The notes beneath the pieces were generated by a model. The model worked only from the letters and a program-made list of their open reading frames with translations. It did not search any database and was not told the origin of the DNA. A stretch of 64,000 nt of DNA from a bacterium. Its GTDB lineage: Bacteria; UBA8248. The stretch lies in assembly GCA_963692865.2 (NCBI GenBank), contig OY843592.1:1-64000 (forward strand). The letters are read 5' to 3'. Positions 39,814 through 49,764 of this stretch are shown in pieces. How positions within the stretch are numbered: the first letter of the stretch is position 1; each line of letters begins with the position of its first letter. Both the position numbers and the translations under genes were made by a program.

Positions 39814-42765
39814 TCATGCCTTTGTGATTCGGCACAGCAGGCTCTTGAGATTCGTCTGGTCCGAGCACGGGTCGCGCTGCGCGATGTCCGTCAGGAAGTT
39901 CACCGATCGCCAGGGATGGTAGGGCTGGCGCTCCCCCCAGCCGATGGGGACGTAAACGGAGTCCTCCCTTATTCCTGAATTCACCCAGGCCATCGCCTCG
40001 ATGGCGCCGTGCGCCGTCTCCACCTTGACTTTCTCTCCGTCCTCGATACCCAATTCCCCCGCTTTTCGGGGATGAATCTGGCAATAGAGATCCGGCCACA
40101 TCTCCTGCGCCTGCCAGAAATAATGCGTCCAGCTGTGAAAATGCGGCGCGGGCGGGCGGCCCGTTATCAACGTCGTCTCGAAGCCCTGCCCGCGAAGCGC
40201 ATCGCCGGGGTTCTTCTCTTCCGGCTGAACGATTCTGGCGGCGCGGGAACCCGTGGGCGCCTTGCTGAACGGGGAGATGACTTCCAGATCGTCGTCTGCG
40301 TGTTCATATTCGAGATAGGGCAACCCCTGGAGATTCTCTTTCTCGCCGTAGAACTCGGGCAGCGCCGACAACCCTACTTGAGAGAATTTTTCCTCAAGCT
40401 CATCCGTCCAGAACTCGAGCCGCCCGCTCGGCGTGGGGAAGCGCTTGCCCTCGGGCTGCCCGGCGGCGGTCGTCCCTTCGAGATACAGGGTCTCCTGCTC
40501 GGGAGCGTCCTCGCTCGCGACGGGAAAGCGCACCCACCGCCAGGGTACCGAGTGGAGCCTTTTCTGCGTAACGCCCCGCAGGAAATCGTTGTCGATGCAC
40601 ATCTCGTCCCAGAACCTGCCCGGGTCCTTGTATTCCTCCTTCATCACGTCGCCGAAGCCCAGGCGCCTCCCGAGCTCTATCCATATCCAGCCATCGGGCT
40701 TCGCCTCTCCGGGCGGGTCGATCATCTTGTCGATCCAAACGATTCGCCTGTCGTCGTTCGTGCGGCCCAGTTCTCCTTTTTCGATCCCGCCCGCCGCGGG
40801 CAGCACGTAATCCGCAAACGCGGAAGTTTCGTTCGCGAACAACTCGATGTGGACGATGAGGTCGAGCGCCTGGAAGGCCGCGCGCGCGTCGTCCTGGCCG
40901 GGCCACTGCGCCAGCGGGTTGTTGCAAGTGATGAGTCCTTTCATCGGGTATGGCTTGCCCTCGCGCATGGCGCTCAGCCAGCCGGCTGGACTCCTGCGGA
41001 CCATAGGTTTACGAATTTCCGCCCGTCTGTCCTCCGGCGCGTTGGCGGCGATGGGCGGCCCCGCCGTCATGTTCACGTAGGCGCCGCCCTTGCGGCCCCA
41101 GTTTCCCGTAATCGCGGCGACGAACATGAACGCACGGTTCGTCTGCACTGAGTTGGTGTGCTGGTTGAGTCCCCGGCTCCCGAAGATGACGCAGCCGTCC
41201 GCCCTGGCCACGTCCCCGGCGAGCGCGCGAATCTCATCCGCTGCGATGCCCGTAACGGCCTCCGCCCAATCGGGAGAATAGCCTTTGGAGAATATGAAAT
41301 CGCGCCAGCGCTCCCAGCCGAGCACCCATTCCTCGCAGAAACGCTTATCGTGCAGACCTTCTGCGAAAATATGATGCGCCATGGCGAGGGCGAGCCCTAA
41401 GTCGGTTCCCGGTCGGATGGCGAGCCACTTGTCCGCCTTGCTCGCCGTGGCGGTGTATCTGGGGTCCACCACCACCATCTTCGTCTTGTTCCTGATGCGC
41501 CAGTCGTTCACCTTGCCGAAGTAGACCGGCCGCGTCTCCGCCTGGTTGTCCCCGACGTAGAGATACATCCCGGCGCTGCCGATGTCCTCGGGCGTGTAGC
41601 TGTTCCCGTTGCCGTTGATCCCGTGCGTCAACTCGTAGGCGACCACCTTGCCCGCCGCGCAAAAGGGGTCCGTCCCCTGAAGGTTGGGCGTGCCCCACAT
41701 CTGGCTGAACAACCGCGCGTAGCCTTTCTGGGTAATCAGGCCCGTGCGGGTGCCCACGAACATCGCCAGCGCCTCCGTGCCCCACTTTTCTCTCAAGACT
41801 TCCAGTTTCGCGGCGATCTCATCAAGCGCCTGCTCCCAGGAGATGCGCTCGAACTCGCCGTCTCCCCGGCGGCCGACGCGCTTGAGCGGATATTGCAGGC
41901 GGTGTTCGTTGTGATGGAGCTGGAGCGTGAACTGCGCCTTGGGGCAGATTTTTCCGTTCAGGACGGGGTCCTCGTCGTTCCCCGTCACGTTGATGAGCTT
42001 ATCGCCCTGGAAATGGAACTTCGCGCTGCAGCAGTTGAAGCAGAAATTGCATCCCCCCGGCACGACGCGGTCCGCCTGAAGGGTCTTTTTGTCATGCAGG
42101 TAGGGGAAGTCCGGGCCTTTCTCCTCGAAAACGTCCTTCGCCTCAGGTGAATCCACGAACCGGGGACGGCTCGGTTTTTCAGACAAACCCAAGCCATCCT
42201 TGCCGTTCACGCGGCCGTTTTCTCTCTCGATTTTCTCCAGATATATCGTCTGCGGCTTCAGGAGAAAATGATCGTGATCCCGAAGATGGCGATCCTCCTG
42301 ATGCGCTTTTTCGAGAAGGTTCTCCCGCTCCCCGAACGAGATGGCGAAGCCGGGGCAGATTTCGGCGCAGGCGGGCTCCAGCCCCTTCTCCCGCCTCTCG
42401 GGGCACAGGTCGCACTTGACCGAGTGATGCCCCTGGGCGTCATACCCCATCGCGCTGTAGGGGCACGCCATGACGCACTCCCCGCAACCCGTGCAAAGCG
42501 CCTCATGAACTTCCACAACACCGGTATCGGGGTCTTTCGTTATCGCCTTGGGATGGACGGGACAGGCCCTCAGGCATGCGGGGCGCTCGCAGTGCTGGCA
42601 GGTGAGCGTGAGGAAATCGGGCGCGCCCGTGGAGGCGTTCCCCAGCCAAACCACCTTGTTGCGGTATTGGCCGGGCCCGAGTCTGTGCTCCTGCTTGCAG
42701 GCCGCCTCGCAGCTCTTGCAGCCGAAGCACCGCTCCAGATCGATCATCAAGGCCAGCTTGCCCAA
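39814..42765 (-). CDS. DMSO-reductase-family molybdopterin oxidoreductase with fused N-terminal 4x[4Fe-4S] (DmsB-like) domain
   Basis: TTG start after GAAGGAG; CFGCKSCEAAC, CQHCERPACLRAC, CTGCGECVMAC, KCDLC...CAEIC; then CNFCFNCC...ICPK, VVVDPRYT, ADYVLPA and the C-terminal MGD domain. Confidence 0.9.
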   Translation of the reverse strand: MGKLALMIDLERCFGCKSCEAACKQEHRLGPGQYRNKVVWLGNASTGAPDFLTLTCQHCERPACLRACPVHPKAITKDPDTGVVEVHEALCTGCGECVMACPYSAMGYDAQGHHSVKCDLCPERREKGLEPACAEICPGFAISFGERENLLEKAHQEDRHLRDHDHFLLKPQTIYLEKIERENGRVNGKDGLGLSEKPSRPRFVDSPEAKDVFEEKGPDFPYLHDKKTLQADRVVPGGCNFCFNCCSAKFHFQGDKLINVTGNDEDPVLNGKICPKAQFTLQLHHNEHRLQYPLKRVGRRGDGEFERISWEQALDEIAAKLEVLREKWGTEALAMFVGTRTGLITQKGYARLFSQMWGTPNLQGTDPFCAAGKVVAYELTHGINGNGNSYTPEDIGSAGMYLYVGDNQAETRPVYFGKVNDWRIRNKTKMVVVDPRYTATASKADKWLAIRPGTDLGLALAMAHHIFAEGLHDKRFCEEWVLGWERWRDFIFSKGYSPDWAEAVTGIAADEIRALAGDVARADGCVIFGSRGLNQHTNSVQTNRAFMFVAAITGNWGRKGGAYVNMTAGPPIAANAPEDRRAEIRKPMVRRSPAGWLSAMREGKPYPMKGLITCNNPLAQWPGQDDARAAFQALDLIVHIELFANETSAFADYVLPAAGGIEKGELGRTNDDRRIVWIDKMIDPPGEAKPDGWIWIELGRRLGFGDVMKEEYKDPGRFWDEMCIDNDFLRGVTQKRLHSVPWRWVRFPVASEDAPEQETLYLEGTTAAGQPEGKRFPTPSGRLEFWTDELEEKFSQVGLSALPEFYGEKENLQGLPYLEYEHADDDLEVISPFSKAPTGSRAARIVQPEEKNPGDALRGQGFETTLITGRPPAPHFHSWTHYFWQAQEMWPDLYCQIHPRKAGELGIEDGEKVKVETAHGAIEAMAWVNSGIREDSVYVPIGWGERQPYHPWRSVNFLTDIAQRDPCSDQTNLKSLLCRITKA

Positions 42766-42880
42766 GTCTCGCTCCTTCAGGAAGGGGATGTTGAAAAGAC
42801 CCCTGAGGAAGGGATTTACAGGTGGCGGTTCCTCCCTCTTCGGTCGGAACCGACTCCTCGGGGTTGTCCCACACATATGA

Positions 42881-43104
42881 GGCTGTTGAAAAACCCCTCC
42901 TCGCTCGGAATTCACCACCGCCGTCATTCCGGCGTGAATGCCGCTGCTGTTGTAGGTCGGACATATATGTCCGACATATATGCGACCCTGATTTTTCGCG
43001 CCTCCTGCGAACGGGCCGCATATCTGTAGCGCTCCCTTCTTGGGAGCGCTACCTACAAAACCAACCTCCCCGTCCCCTCCTCAGGTAGATTTTTTCAACA
43101 ACCC
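42881..43104. mobile_element. MITE (GGCTGTTGAAAAA...TTTTTCAACAACC) with REP cargo
   Basis: Terminal IRs; first ~45 bp nearly identical to the 11328 MITE. Confidence 0.7.
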
Positions 43105-43115
43105 GGACGCGCGGG

Positions 43116-43889
43116 CTACCACTTCGTCAAATGCCACCAATATATCTCTCCCCCGCCCGAGACATAACCGGCGAAAAACGTGACGGTGACGACGTGTCCC
43201 AGAATACCGAGAATGAAGAGAAACGCCAAAACGACGTGAACGATACGCCAGTACGCCTGCGCGGTCGATACGCCGGAGCGCGCGCCCAAAATCTTGTTCT
43301 CTTCGCTGATCAGCCGGGCGTAGGCGAGCGTAAGTCCCGGTCTCGTGAACCAATGCTTGAGTCTGGGAGAGAAGACGCCCTCATCCGCTCCCGGATCGAG
43401 TCTCGAAAGCAGGGACTCTTTTTTTTCGATGAGCCGGGCCAGGCGCTCGCGGCTTTCGGAACCGGGCGGGGAGAAGGATTGCTCCCTCGTGGCGAACGTG
43501 GCCGCCATGTCTTTCGAGAGGCGAACGCGCGCCCACACGCCCAGGATCACCAGCAGCAAAAGTGCGACGAGCAACAGCGCAGGCGCATAGCGAAGAAACC
43601 CGGCCGAGTGGACCGTCACCAGCACGCCGCCCAGGGTGGCCGTAACGACATGGGCGGAGAACCAGCCGAGGGGAGAACCGCCCGCGCCCGTTCGCTTCGT
43701 GATCACGAATACCAGGGACACGCACAGGAGGAGCGTGCCCGCGACGCCGAGCAGATACAGCGTCGGGGAGCCGGGCAGGCGCCATTCGCTCGATAATTTA
43801 TTTTGAAACGCGAAGAAGGTGACCAGAACGACCGCCGCCGCGAAGACGAGGTACGCAAGCAGCCTGTCGCCGATATCGAGTCTTCGCAT
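43116..43889 (-). CDS. Integral membrane protein with His-bearing helices, probable redox partner of the molybdoenzyme
   Basis: Hydrophobic helices with WFSAHV, VTVHS, WRIVHV, LGHVV. Confidence 0.7.
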   Translation of the reverse strand: MRRLDIGDRLLAYLVFAAAVVLVTFFAFQNKLSSEWRLPGSPTLYLLGVAGTLLLCVSLVFVITKRTGAGGSPLGWFSAHVVTATLGGVLVTVHSAGFLRYAPALLLVALLLLVILGVWARVRLSKDMAATFATREQSFSPPGSESRERLARLIEKKESLLSRLDPGADEGVFSPRLKHWFTRPGLTLAYARLISEENKILGARSGVSTAQAYWRIVHVVLAFLFILGILGHVVTVTFFAGYVSGGGEIYWWHLTKW

Positions 43890-43894
43890 GAAAA

Positions 43895-44389
43895 TCAGGA
43901 AAATTCGATTTTTTCGACGTCCACGATCTCGAAATTTCTCACGCCGCCAGGCAACTGTACCGCCACCTCGTCGCCCGGCTCTTTTTGCATGAGCCCGCGC
44001 GAGAGCGGCGCGCTGAAGGAGATGATGCCGTTCGGGAGGTCGCTTTCCTCCTCGCCCAGTATCTTGTAGGTGAGCTCCTCGTTCTTGTCCAGGTCGAAGA
44101 GCGTGACCCGCGTGCCGATGGTGACCTTATCGCCGGAGATTGGGAGTTCCTCGATGACGCTCGCCTCGCGGATCTTGTCCATGATCCGGCTCACCTCGTT
44201 CTTGAGGTTGCCCTGCAATTCGATGGCCGCCTCCCACTCGGCGTTTTCGCTCAAATCACCCAGGCTCGCCGCCTTGCCGATCTCTTTCGACACCTCATGC
44301 TTCAGGCGGTATTGAATCTCTTCGACCTTTTTTCTCAGCCCATCGAGGCTCGCTTTGGTGATGTAGTACGGCATTTCTTCCTCATCCAC
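43895..44389 (-). CDS. greA: Transcription elongation factor GreA
   Basis: GDLSENAEW, ISFSAPLSRGL. Confidence 0.93.
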   Translation of the reverse strand: MDEEEMPYYITKASLDGLRKKVEEIQYRLKHEVSKEIGKAASLGDLSENAEWEAAIELQGNLKNEVSRIMDKIREASVIEELPISGDKVTIGTRVTLFDLDKNEELTYKILGEEESDLPNGIISFSAPLSRGLMQKEPGDEVAVQLPGGVRNFEIVDVEKIEFS

Positions 44390-44416
44390 CCTTTGAAATA
44401 ATCGAAAAAACGCGCA

Positions 44417-45334
44417 TCAGGCGCCTTCAGCTATTTTTTCCTTCACCTGCTCGCGAAAGTCATAGCCCGTGTCTTCGACGAACGCATCGATCAGGCGTTT
44501 CGTGACCGGCCCCGGAACCGGCGCGCTCGGCCGGAAGCTGTCGATCTCGCGCACAGGCATGGCGCATATCGCGCTCGAGGTGATGAAATACTCTTCCGCC
44601 TGCGCCAGATCGTAGGTCGTCATGTCCCTTTCCTCGACGGCGATACCCAGGCGCGCGGCCAGTTCGAACACCGCCAGACGGGTCACTCCCTGCAATATGT
44701 TCCTCTCATGCGGCGTCCAGAGCGCGCCGTCTTTCACCATGAAGAAATTGGCGACCGAGTTTTCCGCCACGTTGCCGCGCACGTCGAGCATCAAGGATAG
44801 TGAGCCGGACGCAGCGGCATCGAGTTCCGCCAGAATCTGGTTCATCTTGCTCGTCACCTTGGCTCTCGTCTCGATGCACTCGGGCGGATTGCGCCTCGTG
44901 GGCGTTATCGCGAGGCGCACGCCGTTCAGATACCGCTCCGCGAAAGACGCAACGTTCACGGGCCGCCAGAATATGAACACCGAGGCCGGCCCCGCCGCGC
45001 CCGCCGCCATGGAGGGGTCGTCGTAACCGCGGGTCACCCAGTGGCCGACGCGGTACATGGCGCCCTCTTCGAGACGGCACAGGTTCGACTCCAGGGTGGC
45101 GAGCGTGGCCTGCTTCATTTCCTCTTTGCTTAGCTCCAAGTCGATACGGACGTACTTGAGCGAGCGATAGAGGCGGTCGATATGGTCGTCGAGCCTGTAG
45201 AGCTTGCCGTCGAAACACGGGGTAACCTCGTACACCCCGTCGCCCCAGAGGAAGCCGCGATCGAAGGGCGATATCCTGGCGCTGTTTTCTTCCATGATCT
45301 CGCCGTTGAGATAGACGAATCGCTCACCGGGCAT
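44417..45334 (-). CDS. Class IV aminotransferase (branched-chain/D-amino acid-like)
   Basis: DRGFLWGDGVYE, HIDRL, ILQGVTR. Confidence 0.9.
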   Translation of the reverse strand: MPGERFVYLNGEIMEENSARISPFDRGFLWGDGVYEVTPCFDGKLYRLDDHIDRLYRSLKYVRIDLELSKEEMKQATLATLESNLCRLEEGAMYRVGHWVTRGYDDPSMAAGAAGPASVFIFWRPVNVASFAERYLNGVRLAITPTRRNPPECIETRAKVTSKMNQILAELDAAASGSLSLMLDVRGNVAENSVANFFMVKDGALWTPHERNILQGVTRLAVFELAARLGIAVEERDMTTYDLAQAEEYFITSSAICAMPVREIDSFRPSAPVPGPVTKRLIDAFVEDTGYDFREQVKEKIAEGA

Positions 45335-45520
45335 CTGACGATCCTCCCATGCGCATCAACAAAGAAAGGCCGGCCCGAAAGGACGGACACAGCCACGTGT
45401 AAGATGAAATATCATTCAACCTCATTCATCTTATAAAAGAAAAGGGCAAAGGGCAAAATCGTTCCGTGAAATTCCGCCGGCCCGCTACCACCGGCCCCGG
45501 GTCTTCCCGTTCATGCTTAC

Positions 45521-46096
45521 GGGGGTTGTTGGAGAAGCTTACCAATCGAGAGTGTTCACCGTCATTCCGGCGAAAGCCGGAATCCATTTGCGGATGCGGG
45601 TGAATGAACTGCGGCGTTTCATCCCCCGCCGATGTGTAGGAACCCTCAAGAAAGGCAAAAGGCGAAAATGGATTCCGGCTTTCGCCGGAATGACGACCAC
45701 AACCGCATTCACCCGTAGGGGCGGCCCCCCGTGGCCGCCCGTATCGGATATATCCATCCCCGTAGTTGCAATTTGCAGAAGCAGGCACAGGAACCTCGGA
45801 CAGGCACGGGGGCCTGTCCCTACAAAACCATCGCGGCCATGCACGCCGTGTTTGAAGTTCACTACCCCCTTGAGGGTTGGGCTTCCCGAGGGGAAAGCCC
45901 AACGATGAAGCCGAGCGGTTTTTGCGAAGGCTGAATCGGTGGGGGGAGCTTTTTACTGTGGCATGTCCCCCCACCGCATCGGATTTCGCCTAAAGGCTCA
46001 TCCTCTGCGACTCCCCCTCAAGGGGGGAGTGAAGTCTCCTTTCTCATCGGTCGGATCCATACTCAAAATTATGAAACCAGGTTTTTTCAACAATCC
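45521..46096. repeat. Composite repeat island: degenerate MITE ends enclosing a CGTC doublet (45560-45695), GTAG REPs (45715-45823) and a CCCTTGAGGG element (45858-46033)
   Basis: Direct comparison with copies at 11.3, 39.3 and 58.7 kb. Confidence 0.8.
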
Positions 46097-46146
46097 TTTA
46101 TGGATCGAGCTCCGAGTTAAAAATTTTCCGAAGAGGATGAACCCGC

Positions 46147-47739
46147 TCAAGCCTTCCTCCCCCAGCCGCCGCCGCCGGGGGTCTCCAGGCGTATCCTGTC
46201 CCCGCGCTTCGCTCTTAGACGGGCCTTGCCGGAGAATTGCCTCTCTTCACCCCCGCTCACGAGCAGATTCCGGCCCTTCGTGCCCGGTTCTCCGCCGCTC
46301 AGGGGCCAGGGAGGCTTTTCCCGCCTCTCCGTCATGAACGAGACGGTGGCGTCGCCGAGGAGTTCGATCTCGCGGACGATGCCGTCGCCGCCGCGGTGTT
46401 TTCCCCCGCCGCCGCTGCCGCGGCGGACGGTGTAGCGGCTCACCCGGAAGGGATAGGCGTGTTCGAGCGCTTCTATCGGGGTGTTCAGGGTGTTGGTGAG
46501 ATGGGTGTGGATGGCGTCTTCGCCTGCGCCCCACGGTCCCCCGCCCATGCCGCCGCCCGTGGTCTCATAATAGGCGTAGGGACGGCCCTGCCGGGGGCCT
46601 GCGCGGTGATCCATGCCCCCCACCGTGAGGTTGTTCATCGTGCCGCAGGAGGCGGCGGGAATCTTGCCGGGACAGGCTTTTGCCAGCGCGCCGAGTATCA
46701 CGTCCACCATTCTCTGGCTCGTCTCCACGTTCCCACCGGCGACGGCGGCGGGAAACTCGGCGTTCACCACCGTGCCCGAGGGCGCAACCACCTCGATGGG
46801 ATCCATGCAGCCCGAATTGTTCGGTATGTCGTAGGGCACCAGGCAGCGCAGGGCGTAGTAGGCCGCCGTGCGGGCGATGGACTCCACGGCGTTCACGCTG
46901 CCTTGGGTCTGCGGGGCCGAGCCGGTGTAGTCCACGCGCATCTTCGATCCGCGCACCGTGATCTCCACCCGTATCGGCACGAAGCCGCTGCCGAAACCGT
47001 CGTCGTCCATGTAATCCTCGAAGCGGTACCGACCATCGGGTATGTCGCGAATCACGGCCTTGGTCAGGCGCTCGGAATACTTTTGAAGCTCGGCCGTGTA
47101 GCGCAGCGTCTCGGCCAGTCCGTGACGCTCGATGATCTCCAGAATCCGCCGCTCGCCCACGCGGTTCGCCGCGATTTGCGCCGCGATGTCTCCCCGGCGC
47201 TCCTCGGCGGTGCGCACGTTCGCCAGGATGAGCGCGAAGACGTCTTCCTGCATCTCGCCTCCGCGCACGAGCTTGACCGGCGGTATGACCACGCCGTCCT
47301 GGAAAATCTCGGTCGTGATGCTCATCGAGCCGGGCGCGATGCCGCCCACGTCCGCATGGTGCGCCCGGTTGGCGACGTAGTAGATGAGTTTTTCCCTGCC
47401 CCTCTCCTGGCCGTATACGGGCGAGATCATCGTGATGTCCGGCAGGTGGTTTCCTCCGCGAAAAGGGTCGTTCAGCACGACCACGTCGCCCGGTTCGAGC
47501 GTCATGCGCTCGATGACGTATTCCACCGACATCGGCATGGAGCCCAGATGGGCGGGCAAGTGCGCCGCCTGCGCCGCCATCCGGCCCTCCGCGTCGAAGA
47601 CGGCGCACGAATAATCCTTGCGCTCCTTGATGTTGGGGGAGAACGAGGAGCGGCAGAGCGCCACGCCCATCTCTTCGGAGGCCGCGAACAACAGGTTGCG
47701 GAAGACTTCCAGGAGTATCGGATCGTACGTGTTCGCCAT
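46147..47739 (-). CDS. Hydantoinase B/5-oxoprolinase family subunit
   Basis: SPNIKERKDYSC, NDPFRGGNHLPD, HHADVGG, ETPGGGGWG. Confidence 0.93.
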   Translation of the reverse strand: MANTYDPILLEVFRNLLFAASEEMGVALCRSSFSPNIKERKDYSCAVFDAEGRMAAQAAHLPAHLGSMPMSVEYVIERMTLEPGDVVVLNDPFRGGNHLPDITMISPVYGQERGREKLIYYVANRAHHADVGGIAPGSMSITTEIFQDGVVIPPVKLVRGGEMQEDVFALILANVRTAEERRGDIAAQIAANRVGERRILEIIERHGLAETLRYTAELQKYSERLTKAVIRDIPDGRYRFEDYMDDDGFGSGFVPIRVEITVRGSKMRVDYTGSAPQTQGSVNAVESIARTAAYYALRCLVPYDIPNNSGCMDPIEVVAPSGTVVNAEFPAAVAGGNVETSQRMVDVILGALAKACPGKIPAASCGTMNNLTVGGMDHRAGPRQGRPYAYYETTGGGMGGGPWGAGEDAIHTHLTNTLNTPIEALEHAYPFRVSRYTVRRGSGGGGKHRGGDGIVREIELLGDATVSFMTERREKPPWPLSGGEPGTKGRNLLVSGGEERQFSGKARLRAKRGDRIRLETPGGGGWGRKA

Positions 47740-47748
47740 CGCGCCCTC

Positions 47749-49764
47749 TCAGCCTAAATTTTTCAACACGAGATTGCCCCACTCGTCCACCCGGCATTCC
47801 CAGCCCGGCGGGACGACCGTCGTCGCGCTGAACTCGCACACCAGCGCGGGGCCCTCGAAGCGATTCCCGCGAGAAAATTTATCCCGCATATAAACCGAAC
47901 CCTCGATTTGCTTACCCGCAAATACCATCTTCCGGCTCCCCATGAGCGCACCGGATACGTCTCTGCGCGCCTTGGGAAGCCGTCTCGCGGGCGGACGCTC
48001 CACTTCGCCTACGCCCCGGACTCTCAACGTCACGATCTCGACCGGACTCTCCGGGCTGGACGTGCCGAAGCGCTCGTCGTGCAGCGCATCGAACGAAGTC
48101 CTGAGGCTCTTGCGGAGGTCCACGCCCTTCTGGGGCAGGTAAGGGAGCGTCAACTCATAGGATTGCCCGAGATAGCGCATGTCGATGAAGAGCGAAAAGG
48201 CGGGCCTTGCGAAACCCTCGAATTTCAGGTCCTCCCGCCCTTTTTGCAGCAAGGGGGAAAAGTGGCCCGCGAGCGTTCTCTTGCTCAATCCCTCAAGCGG
48301 CAGGAGCACCGTCCGGGCGTAGTCCTTCACCACGTCGGCGGTCAACATGCCCCGCGCGGAAAGAATCCCCGGGTCATTGGGCACGACGACGTGCGGGATG
48401 CCCAATATCTCCGCCAGGGAACAGGCGTGCATCGCCCCCGCGCCGCCGAAGGAGATGAGGGCGAACGTGCGCGGATCGTGGCCCCGCTCCACGCTGATGA
48501 GGCGAATCGCGCGCGCCATGTGCTGGTTGGCGACGCGGATAACGCCCTCGGCCGCCTGGCGGTCGCCCAGGCGCAGGGACTTCGCCAGACGCGCGATACC
48601 GATCTTTACCGGCTCGATATCGAGCGCCATCCTGCCGCCCAGGAACTGTTCGGGGTCGAGACGGCCTAGGAAGAGGTTCGCATCCGTAACGGTCACCTGA
48701 TCCCCCTTGCCGTAGCATATCGGCCCCGGAGCGGCGCCCGCGCTCTGCGGACCCACGGCCAGAGCGCCCCCCGGATCGACCCGGGCGATGGAGCCGCCGC
48801 CCGCGCCGACCGTGTGGATGTCAATGAGGGGGACCCGGATCGGGCAGCCGGCCACCTCGGTCTCCGCCGTGAAGCCGACCCCGCCGTGCAGCAGGGACAC
48901 GTCCGTACTCGTGCCGCCCATATCGAACGCGATAGCGTTCTCGAACCCCGCTCGTTTCGCCACCTCATAGGCGCCCACGACGCCGCCGGCCGGGCCGGAA
49001 AGAATGGTCCGTATGGCCTCCTCGCCCGCCATCGCGCTCGATATGACGCCGCCGTTGCTCTGCATGACCCGCAAACGGCCCGAACCCAGTCGCGATTCCA
49101 GGTCCTTGAGATATCGGTTCATCATGGGAGAGACGTAGGCGTTCACGCACGTGGTGCTCATCCGCTCGTACTCCCGGAACTCAGGCAGCACCTGGCTGGA
49201 GGTCGACACGTGGATGCCGCTCCGGCGTATGGCGTCGGCCACTTTCTCCTCGTGCGCAGGATTCGCATAAGAGTGCAGCAGGCAGATGGCGACGGATTCG
49301 ACGCCCGCTCGCTTGAGCTTGCGGTTCAGCGCCCTCAAGTCCGACGCCTTGACCCGCAGGAGTTCGCCGCCTTTCTCGTCCAGACGCTCCGCCACGCCCA
49401 ATCTCAAGTCTCTCGGCACCAGCGCAGGCGGCTTGCGGTACGCGAGATTGTAGAGTTCCTTCCGGTTCTGGCGGCCGATCTCGATCAGGTCTTCGAAACC
49501 GGCAGTCGTCACGAGGGCGGTCCTGGCGCCGCCCCGGGTGAGGAGGGCGTTCGTCGCCACGGTGGAGCCGTGCGTGATGTCGAGAGCCACGCCTCGGCCT
49601 TCGAGTATTTCATCCAGCCCCTGCAGGATGGCGCGCTCGGGCGCATCGGGCGTGGAGGGCACCTTGTGGACGCGCACACGGGCGCCGTCGAAGGAGATGA
49701 AATCCGTAAAGGTGCCGCCTGTGTCGACGCCGATCCTGAGCGTCTTCGCCTTGTGCGCGGGCAT
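47749..49764 (-). CDS. Hydantoinase A/5-oxoprolinase family ATP-binding subunit
   Basis: VDTGGTFTD, SGPAGG, DMGGTSTD, GAGGGSIA. Confidence 0.93.
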   Translation of the reverse strand: MPAHKAKTLRIGVDTGGTFTDFISFDGARVRVHKVPSTPDAPERAILQGLDEILEGRGVALDITHGSTVATNALLTRGGARTALVTTAGFEDLIEIGRQNRKELYNLAYRKPPALVPRDLRLGVAERLDEKGGELLRVKASDLRALNRKLKRAGVESVAICLLHSYANPAHEEKVADAIRRSGIHVSTSSQVLPEFREYERMSTTCVNAYVSPMMNRYLKDLESRLGSGRLRVMQSNGGVISSAMAGEEAIRTILSGPAGGVVGAYEVAKRAGFENAIAFDMGGTSTDVSLLHGGVGFTAETEVAGCPIRVPLIDIHTVGAGGGSIARVDPGGALAVGPQSAGAAPGPICYGKGDQVTVTDANLFLGRLDPEQFLGGRMALDIEPVKIGIARLAKSLRLGDRQAAEGVIRVANQHMARAIRLISVERGHDPRTFALISFGGAGAMHACSLAEILGIPHVVVPNDPGILSARGMLTADVVKDYARTVLLPLEGLSKRTLAGHFSPLLQKGREDLKFEGFARPAFSLFIDMRYLGQSYELTLPYLPQKGVDLRKSLRTSFDALHDERFGTSSPESPVEIVTLRVRGVGEVERPPARRLPKARRDVSGALMGSRKMVFAGKQIEGSVYMRDKFSRGNRFEGPALVCEFSATTVVPPGWECRVDEWGNLVLKNLG

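Noticed and set aside
42766-42927. N-terminal extension of the molybdoenzyme given by the ORF track
   Set aside because: It runs into MITE sequence; a TTG with a GAAGGAG RBS at 42765 directly precedes the ferredoxin domain
45426-46337. ORFs spanning repeat islands (also 38406..39542, 57108..57317, 58761..59405)
   Set aside because: Translations (VIPAKAGI, CRGRI.., GDRSRPV) are just readings of the palindromic repeats
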